The notes below the pieces were generated by a model, which worked only from the letters and a program-made list of their open reading frames with translations, was not told the origin of the DNA and searched no databases. From positions 102,168-166,167 of the forward strand of contig CALUTD010000002.1 in NCBI GenBank assembly GCA_944323625.1: a stretch of DNA of 64,000 bases, written 5' to 3'. The DNA is from Candidatus Gastranaerophilales bacterium. GTDB taxonomy: Bacteria; Cyanobacteriota; Vampirovibrionia; Gastranaerophilales; Gastranaerophilaceae. Below are positions 1 to 6,736 of the stretch, one piece after another. Both the position numbers and the translations under genes were made by a program. Every line of letters begins with the position of its first letter. Position 1 is the first letter of the stretch.

Positions 1-278
1 TTTGCTTTGGCAATTTGTTTTGCTTTTATTGATTCGCTAATTTTATTATATTGCTGTTCTAAACGGTAACGCATAACATCTATCGAAGTAAGAGCTTGCT
101 TTTTAGCCTCTTTTATTTCCGGAGTATATTTTTGGGCAATATCCGTAATAGCGTTTTCAACATCTTTTCTTGTTTCTTCACCCGATTTAGGTGCAAATAA
201 AACTGCAGCAATAACACCGCCTACAACACCAACTAATAACCCGACTCCAAAACTGATTGAACTGTCTTCTTTTGACAT
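1..278 (-). CDS. YtxH-domain membrane-anchored protein; the C-terminus runs off the left edge
   Basis: My translation of the minus strand from ATG 278 gives MSKEDSSISFGVGLLVGVVGGVIAAVLFAPKSGEETRKDVENAITDIAQKY... One hydrophobic helix followed by LFAPKSGEETR is the YtxH signature. GGAGGA at 284-289 serves as the RBS. The ORF is absent from the track because it has no stop inside the window. Confidence 0.7.
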   Translation of the reverse strand, partial: MSKEDSSISFGVGLLVGVVGGVIAAVLFAPKSGEETRKDVENAITDIAQKYTPEIKEAKKQALTSIDVMRYRLEQQYNKISESIKAKQIAKA

Positions 279-457
279 TTTGTCCTCCATTCACATTGTG
301 TATCCGATTGTAACATTTTTTTCATAATCTTGCAATTATACCCTTCTATTAGAATACCCGATATTCTAAAATTACTAACATTTGAATAAGTTTCTAATGT
401 TACAATAACCTTTCTCTACTTCTTCTGTATGATTTTTTACGGTGATTCGGTTAATAG

Positions 458-466
458 TGGTATAAT
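458..466 (+). promoter_or_regulatory. Extended -10 promoter element (TGgTATAAT) for the helicase gene
   Basis: The sequence tggtataat lies 31 nt upstream of ATG 497. It matches the TGnTATAAT extended -10 consensus. Confidence 0.45.
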
Positions 467-496
467 CTTATATACAGTATTTTTACAGGGGATAAT

Positions 497-3400
497 ATGC
501 TTCAGGAAGCCACCAAAATTTTAAATTCAGCATTTCATAACAGTTTTATAAAAAGATTAAGTCTTTATCTTCACGATTGTGTTCGTGAAGAAGTTCAAAG
601 TTCAACTTTCAGAAATTTAAAACAGGATAAAGAAAACAAATGGATTTTTCTTGAAACGGAAAATCAAGATAAAAATACTTCTCTATTGAGTAATGAAAAA
701 TTATTTACTTCATACCCTCAACCCCTAAAATTAGACGGTTCTGATTCATATTTAACCGAACTTATGCTTCTAAGCGAAAACAGCCAAAAAGACAAATATT
801 TGATATACGGATATTTATTTTTAGTCGGTAAAAATGCAAAAACAAAAAGAAAAAATGAATTTCTGACTCCATTATTATATTCAACCTGTAAATTGGAAAG
901 AACAGGCATGAATATTGAGTGTTCAATCTTAGAAGAAGGCTTATCCTTAAATACTGCAGCGCTCACAAGCCTAATGAATTTACAGGGAGAAGAGGATGAA
1001 ATTGACAACATGCTTGACGGACTTTTGGATGTTGTACCTAAACTTCCTTTAAAAGAAGAAGATTTAAGTATATTTTTAACAACTTTAAAATCTTTAATCC
1101 CTGATTTGGAGTTTGAATTAAACAAAGAAGAAAATCTTGAGAATAATGTTGAAGATGATTCTAATGACTTTTATCAAGATAAACAGATAAATTACGAAAA
1201 TCTTCAAGAAGCAATAGAAGAAGCGGAATCTGACAAACCCAAACAAAAGCTAAAAGCGGATAAAGTTGTTTTAACAAACAAAAGTGCCGTAATACTTACT
1301 AAAAGACCTTTAGTTACTGCAGGCGTTTTATATGAATTAATGCAGATAGCAGAAAAGCCTTCAGGTGTCATCAGAGAAACTGCTTTAAATATCGTTAATG
1401 AAGAATATCTTCAGGGTAAAGGCAAAATGGCTTCAAAGATTATTAAAGAAAATAATTTTAAAGATTTTGTTGCTGTAACTCCTTTATCATTAAGTGATTC
1501 GCAGGAAGATGTTATAAAGAATCTTGAAGATAACAGTATATTATCGGTATATGGACCCCCCGGGACAGGTAAATCTCAAACAATAGTTAATCTAATTTGT
1601 CATCTTATTTCAAACGGCAAAACGGTTTTGGTCGCTTCCAGAATGGATAAGGCAACAGACGTTGTGGCCGACAGATTAAATGAATTCGGAGCCCCTTTTC
1701 TTGCTTTAAGAGCAGGCAGACCCAATTATCAAAAACAGTTATCTTTTGACTTGCAGGATTTAATTTCAAATAAAGTTGATTTGGATACAAATTTTGAAAA
1801 TTCTTTGGTTGTTGATGTTGATGATATGTATAAACTTGTAATGTCAATCAGAGAACGGGAAAATAAGTGTGAAGAAATAATAAAGCTTGAACAGGACTGG
1901 TATCAGATTACAAAAGAAAAAGAAGAAAAAGAAAATCAAATAGGAGAACTTGAATTTTTAAACAACAAATTGACTTTGCAAGAAATTGATGAAATTGATA
2001 ATGCCATAAAAAATCTTGAAAAAAACTCTGAAAAACAAGGATTTTTCTCTGATATAACAACAAAGTTTGCAAATTATCAATTGAAAAAAATAATACAAAA
2101 CAAAAATTTTAAACCCGATTTTGAGAATCTTGAACGTTTGAAAACCGAGCTTATAATTGCAAGACTTGCGGCACAGGCAAGATATAAAGAAGCTCAAATA
2201 TTTAAAACAGGTAATATTCACTCACTTTTAGAAGAAATAAAAGTACTTAAAAGAAAACAAAAAACTCTTGCTGTTGAAATATTAAAAGGAAAAAGAAGAA
2301 ACTCATTAAAAGGACTATTGCGCGACCAAATTAAACGCCAGCGCTTAATTGTTCATACAAAGGCACTTGTAACAAGAAAGAAAAATCTTCAAAACAGACT
2401 TTTGGAAGATGAGGATTTTAAACCGCTGTTGGAGGCTTTCCCATGTTGGTGTACAACAACTTATGCGGTATCAAATTCACTTCCCCTAAAACCCGGGTTA
2501 TTTGACGTTGCAATTATTGATGAGGCTTCTCAATGTGATATTGCAAGCTGTATACCTATTTTATACAGATGTAAAAAAGCTGTAATAGTAGGTGATGATA
2601 AGCAGCTGCCGCATCTATCCTTTTTGGAAAAATCAAAAGAACAGTCATTTTTAAGCCAGTATGAAATTCCCGATAAATACCAGTTAATGTGGAGATTCAG
2701 AACAAATTCCATGTTTGATTTGGCTAACTATTATTCTTCAAGACCGGTATTGCTTGATGAACATTTTAGAAGTTACGCTCCGATTATTGATTTTAGCAAC
2801 AAAGAATTTTATGGCGGCAGAATAAGAATAATGTCGAAATGTAACAGTAATGATGTATTAGAATTAATTCAAGTGCCTGACGGTAAAGTAGATGCTGAAA
2901 TGACAAGGAACATGCCTGAAGTTGAAGCTATTATGCAAAGATTACAGGAAATTATTCAGGATGATGAAAGAAGAAAAGATTCACATACTCCCGTTTCAGT
3001 CGGAATTATTTCTCCATTTAGAGGTCAGGTTGAATTAATTAAAAAAGCTGTTCATCAGTTATTTTCAGAGTCAGTTATAAGAAAACATAAGATTGAAATA
3101 GGTACGGCACATACGTTTCAAGGTGATGAAAGAGATATAATAATGCTTTCATGGGCGGTTGCCAATAACAGTTTTAATCAAAGCCTTACATTTTTACAGA
3201 TTCCGAATTTGTTTAACGTAGCTATAACCCGAGCAAGAAAAAAACAAATAATATTCTTATCAAAAGACCCTAAAACACTTCCGGCAGGGCTGTTAAGAGA
3301 TTATATAGAATTTGTTCAAACATATATTGATAGAAATAAAGTTCAAGAAGAACTCAATTTAGATGACAATATTTATAAAAATTCATTTGAAAAAGAAGTT

Positions 3401-3679
3401 GCCAAATATTTGCGAGATGAAGGCTATGAAGTAAAAGCCGGTAAAATTCTTGCAGGTTTAAGTGCCGATTTAACAGTTACATCTCCGTCAGGGAAAGTAC
3501 TTATTATTGAATGCGACGGAGTTGAAGATAACATAAAATCGAATAAACCACAGATTATAAAACAAACTTTACTTGAAAGAACAGGCGCAACAGTTGAAAG
3601 AATTTCAGCCAGGGAATGGCATGTAAGCCCTCAAGGTTGTATTGCAAGAATTAAAAATATATTTGAAGATATTACTTAA
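497..3679 (+). CDS. SF1B (Upf1/DNA2-like, AAA_11/AAA_12) helicase with a C-terminal Vsr/DUF559-like PD-(D/E)xK module
   Basis: 1060-aa ORF. Helicase motifs present: Walker A GPPGTGKS (nt 1553-1576), motif II AIIDEASQ, VIVGDDKQLPH, ISPFRGQ, TFQGDERD and NVAITRARKK. A coiled-coil insert lies between motifs I and II. The last ~100 aa (FEKEVAKYLRDEGYEV..SADLTV..LIIECDG) resemble a restriction-endonuclease-fold tail. The helicase call is firm; the nuclease call is tentative. Confidence 0.8.
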   Translation: MLQEATKILNSAFHNSFIKRLSLYLHDCVREEVQSSTFRNLKQDKENKWIFLETENQDKNTSLLSNEKLFTSYPQPLKLDGSDSYLTELMLLSENSQKDKYLIYGYLFLVGKNAKTKRKNEFLTPLLYSTCKLERTGMNIECSILEEGLSLNTAALTSLMNLQGEEDEIDNMLDGLLDVVPKLPLKEEDLSIFLTTLKSLIPDLEFELNKEENLENNVEDDSNDFYQDKQINYENLQEAIEEAESDKPKQKLKADKVVLTNKSAVILTKRPLVTAGVLYELMQIAEKPSGVIRETALNIVNEEYLQGKGKMASKIIKENNFKDFVAVTPLSLSDSQEDVIKNLEDNSILSVYGPPGTGKSQTIVNLICHLISNGKTVLVASRMDKATDVVADRLNEFGAPFLALRAGRPNYQKQLSFDLQDLISNKVDLDTNFENSLVVDVDDMYKLVMSIRERENKCEEIIKLEQDWYQITKEKEEKENQIGELEFLNNKLTLQEIDEIDNAIKNLEKNSEKQGFFSDITTKFANYQLKKIIQNKNFKPDFENLERLKTELIIARLAAQARYKEAQIFKTGNIHSLLEEIKVLKRKQKTLAVEILKGKRRNSLKGLLRDQIKRQRLIVHTKALVTRKKNLQNRLLEDEDFKPLLEAFPCWCTTTYAVSNSLPLKPGLFDVAIIDEASQCDIASCIPILYRCKKAVIVGDDKQLPHLSFLEKSKEQSFLSQYEIPDKYQLMWRFRTNSMFDLANYYSSRPVLLDEHFRSYAPIIDFSNKEFYGGRIRIMSKCNSNDVLELIQVPDGKVDAEMTRNMPEVEAIMQRLQEIIQDDERRKDSHTPVSVGIISPFRGQVELIKKAVHQLFSESVIRKHKIEIGTAHTFQGDERDIIMLSWAVANNSFNQSLTFLQIPNLFNVAITRARKKQIIFLSKDPKTLPAGLLRDYIEFVQTYIDRNKVQEELNLDDNIYKNSFEKEVAKYLRDEGYEVKAGKILAGLSADLTVTSPSGKVLIIECDGVEDNIKSNKPQIIKQTLLERTGATVERISAREWHVSPQGCIARIKNIFEDIT

Positions 3680-3688
3680 TATATATAA

Positions 3689-3697
3689 GGGGGGGGG
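3689..3697 (+). repeat. Homopolymer G9 tract, 10 nt after the helicase stop codon
   Basis: Direct count: g at positions 3689-3697. Confidence 0.95.
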
Positions 3698-3797
3698 TGA
3701 CAATCCAAGTAACAATATATTAAAACTAATACTCAAGTTTACATTTGTAAAAATTAGGGAAGATATGATAGTATAAAGCAAATAAGGAGATAAAATT

Positions 3798-4530
3798 ATG
3801 AATAAATTAATTGACCACTACGGGGGGGGGTAGAAACAGAGTAGTTTTTAGAATACTCTTTTCTTCACAAAAATTTTCATTTACACTTGCAGAAGTACTA
3901 ATAACACTTGTTATTATCGGAGTTATTGCAGCTATAACGGTTTCTTCTTTAATTGCTAATACCCAAAAACAAGAATATATTTCAAGATTAAAAAAGGCCG
4001 ATTCCGTTTTAAGACAGGCATTATATAAAGTCGCAATTGACTCGGGATATCCTGTTGGTGATTTTTCTTTTGTTTCAGATTATGAGTTTTTTGATGTTCT
4101 TAAAAAACATCTGAATACTATAAAAGTTTGTACAAAATCAGGTCAAGACTGTTTTCCTTCCGGTACAAAAACTTTAAAAGGGCAATTTCATTCTGATTAT
4201 AATAATATTGTATCATATTACACTCCGGCTTTTGTAACAGCTGACGGAATTGCGTTTAATTTTCAATGTTACGGAAGTGAAAAGTATTCATTTCAAAATA
4301 AAGGAATTTCAGAAGAAGATATTGAAAATGCACTTTGCAGAATTATGATAGATGTAAACGGGCAAAGTTCTCCCAATACATTTGGACGTGATTCTTTTTT
4401 TCTAATTATAGTAAACGGTAAAGGAGTTGTCGCAGCAGGGAGCGGAAATGACTCTGCAGATTGCAGCAAAAACGATAAAGGTTTTACATGTGCCGCACGA
4501 GTTTTGAAAACCGGTAAAATGGATTACTGA
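3798..4530 (+). CDS. Type IV pilin/pseudopilin-like protein (prepilin-type N-terminal FTLAEVLITL helix), out of frame as sequenced (phase-variable)
   Basis: RBS AAGGAGA at 3784-3790 and ATG 3798 give MNKLIDHYGGG and then stop at TAG 3831. The body (track ORF 3811..4530, ...RNRVVFRILFSSQKFSFTLAEVLITLVIIGVIAAI...) lies in the +1 frame. Eight or eleven G would restore the frame. Confidence 0.8.
3822..3830 (+). repeat. Homopolymer G9 tract inside the pilin leader codons (slipped-strand switch candidate)
   Basis: Direct count: g at positions 3822-3830, flanked by tac...tagaaacag. Confidence 0.95.
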
Positions 4531-4917
4531 TTAATTCTTTTTTGTATTTTCCAAAAAAGCCCTTATACACTGGTTTATGCTTGCCGGGGTACTTAATGTA
4601 TTCTTTCTTTTTCGCTTATTATGCTTTATATTGGAGGTTTCAATATATTCATAATTGTTATTATCGGGTTTTATTCTTTTTTTATAAAAAAAGTAAAACC
4701 CATAAATAACCAAAATACACAAAAACATTACCCCGAAAGATATTGCAATTTTCCCCATAACAAACGATAATTCACTATTTGCGGCCGAAGATTGTTCGCT
4801 TTCTAAGTTTAAAGGTTCAGAAGAGACAGAAACAGTAGTTTCTGTCTCTTTAGGTAATTCGGGTATAACAGTATTAAATAAATCACTGTTTGCAGCAATA
4901 ATATAATTATTATGCAT
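4531..4917 (-). CDS. Small single-pass membrane protein, function unknown
   Basis: 128-aa ORF with one hydrophobic helix (IAISFGVMFLCILVIYGFYFFY). It overlaps the rne stop by 8 nt, so it belongs to the same operon. Confidence 0.55.
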   Translation of the reverse strand: MHNNYIIAANSDLFNTVIPELPKETETTVSVSSEPLNLESEQSSAANSELSFVMGKIAISFGVMFLCILVIYGFYFFYKKRIKPDNNNYEYIETSNIKHNKRKRKNTLSTPASINQCIRAFLENTKKN

Positions 4918-6736
4918 TTACAACCGCTTCACTTTCAGTTTTCTTTTTATTTTTAGAAGGTTTTCGCCCCGGTTTCTTTTTTGGAGTTTGTTGTACATCA
5001 TCTTCTGATATACTTACCGTTGAAGGTTCATCCGGCTTAACTTCTTGAACAGTTTGAGCTTGTTTTCTTTTTCTGCCGGCGCCTCTTTTTGGTTTCTTTT
5101 CAGATTTTGTTTCTTCAACCGGCTCTTCAATTACAGGCTCTTGTAAACCATTTGTTTCAGATGGAATTAAAAGTTGTTTTTCTTCCTGCTCAATAACAGC
5201 CTGTTCTTCAAGCACAACGGGCTGTAAATCTTTAATTTCTTCAATTATTTGTTCTGAAACCTCAGATGGTTTATTGTTTTCCTGTCTGCGATCATTTCTG
5301 TATTTAAAGTTTTTCTTTTGATTATTATTATACTGATTATTTTGATTGTTATTTTGCCCGTTATTCTGTTGTACGGCAGAATTTTGTTCTGTTTCTAAAA
5401 GCGGGTTATTATTAGGATTATTAAATACCTTGTTCTGTTTATAATTAGGTGTTTTATTTTTTACCTGTTGAACAGGAATTTTAAGTTTTGCTGCTTTTGC
5501 TTTAATTTCACCTTCTGCAACGGGAGAAGAGAATGTTAAATCATCGGCAATATAACCTGTTCCCTGACAGTGAGGACATTTTTTTCCAAAAATTTCCGAT
5601 AAAGCTTGCCCCTGACGATGTCTTGTGAGTTCTACCAAACCCAAATCAGATAACTGACCTACTTGAGGTTTTGCTTTATCTTTTTCAAGCGCAATTTCAA
5701 GCTCTTCCATTACTGCCAGTTTATCTTTTCTGTTGTTCATATCGATAAAATCTATAATAACCATACCGCCGATATTTCTAAGCCTTAACTGGCGGGCAAT
5801 TTCATGTACTGCTTCAAGATTTGTTTTTACAATAGTCTCATCCTGCGTATTTGAACTTACAAATTTTCCGCTGTTTACGTCAATAACGGTCAAAGCTTCT
5901 GTTGTCTGTACAAAAAGGTAGCCGCCGCTGGGAAGATTTACTTTTGTTTGAAGTGCTGCTTTTATTTCTTTTACGACTCCGGAAGCAGCCAAAAGAGTTT
6001 CAGAACCTTTATAAACGTTTACTTCAATATTTTTTGTCATATTCCAATTTTGCAAAATCTGTTGTGTTCTGTGAACACCATAAGAAGTATCCAAAATTAT
6101 TTCGTCGACATCCTCGGTGCATTCTTCTCTCATAACTCTGTATAACAAATCCTGATCTCTATATAAAAGACTTGGAGCAGGTCTTGTTTCTGCAGCCGTC
6201 ACGATGGTATTCCATTTTTCAAGCAAAATTTCCAAATCTTCCTGAATATCGGCATCTGACTGACCTTCTGCTTCTGTTCTGACTATAACACCGACTCCCA
6301 CGGGTTTTAGTAGTCCGATTATTGATTTTAATCTTGCTCTTTCTTTCATATTTACTATTTTTTTTGAAACATTAATACCCGTTTCTTGAGGCATTAAAAC
6401 TAAAAAACGCCCCGGTAAGCTTATCAGAGTGGAAACTCTCGGCCCCTTATGCCCTACGGGTTCTTTTACTACCTGAACAATAAGTTTTTGTTTCGGAGCA
6501 AGTTTCTCTTTTAAAGTTCCTTTTCCTATTGCATCATGAGCATGCAAAAAGCCCATCTTATCATATCCGACATTTACAAATGCCGCATCTATACTGGGGA
6601 GTATATTATCTACGGTTGCAAGATATACATCATTAAGAAGCATATCCCCTTTCTGAACATAAAATTCACAAATTTTTCCGTCTTCTATAACTGCCGCAAT
6701 ATTATCTCTTTCAGCTACAACTATTGCTTTTGACAT
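4910..6736 (-). CDS. rne: Ribonuclease E/G family endoribonuclease
   Basis: N-terminal S1-like region; MVIIDFIDM catalytic-core motif; CPHCQGTGYI zinc-link motif. The tail is long, rich in N/Q and K/E, and of low complexity. Confidence 0.85.
   Translation of the reverse strand: MSKAIVVAERDNIAAVIEDGKICEFYVQKGDMLLNDVYLATVDNILPSIDAAFVNVGYDKMGFLHAHDAIGKGTLKEKLAPKQKLIVQVVKEPVGHKGPRVSTLISLPGRFLVLMPQETGINVSKKIVNMKERARLKSIIGLLKPVGVGVIVRTEAEGQSDADIQEDLEILLEKWNTIVTAAETRPAPSLLYRDQDLLYRVMREECTEDVDEIILDTSYGVHRTQQILQNWNMTKNIEVNVYKGSETLLAASGVVKEIKAALQTKVNLPSGGYLFVQTTEALTVIDVNSGKFVSSNTQDETIVKTNLEAVHEIARQLRLRNIGGMVIIDFIDMNNRKDKLAVMEELEIALEKDKAKPQVGQLSDLGLVELTRHRQGQALSEIFGKKCPHCQGTGYIADDLTFSSPVAEGEIKAKAAKLKIPVQQVKNKTPNYKQNKVFNNPNNNPLLETEQNSAVQQNNGQNNNQNNQYNNNQKKNFKYRNDRRQENNKPSEVSEQIIEEIKDLQPVVLEEQAVIEQEEKQLLIPSETNGLQEPVIEEPVEETKSEKKPKRGAGRKRKQAQTVQEVKPDEPSTVSISEDDVQQTPKKKPGRKPSKNKKKTESEAVVNA

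Noticed and set aside
718-1125. Antisense or shadow ORFs inside long genes (for example 718..1125, 12008..12460, 17229..17783, 26493..26939, 58088..58447, 60172..60636, 61288..61680)
   Set aside because: Each lies fully inside a longer ORF with clear family motifs on the opposite strand or in another frame. They have low-complexity composition and no RBS.
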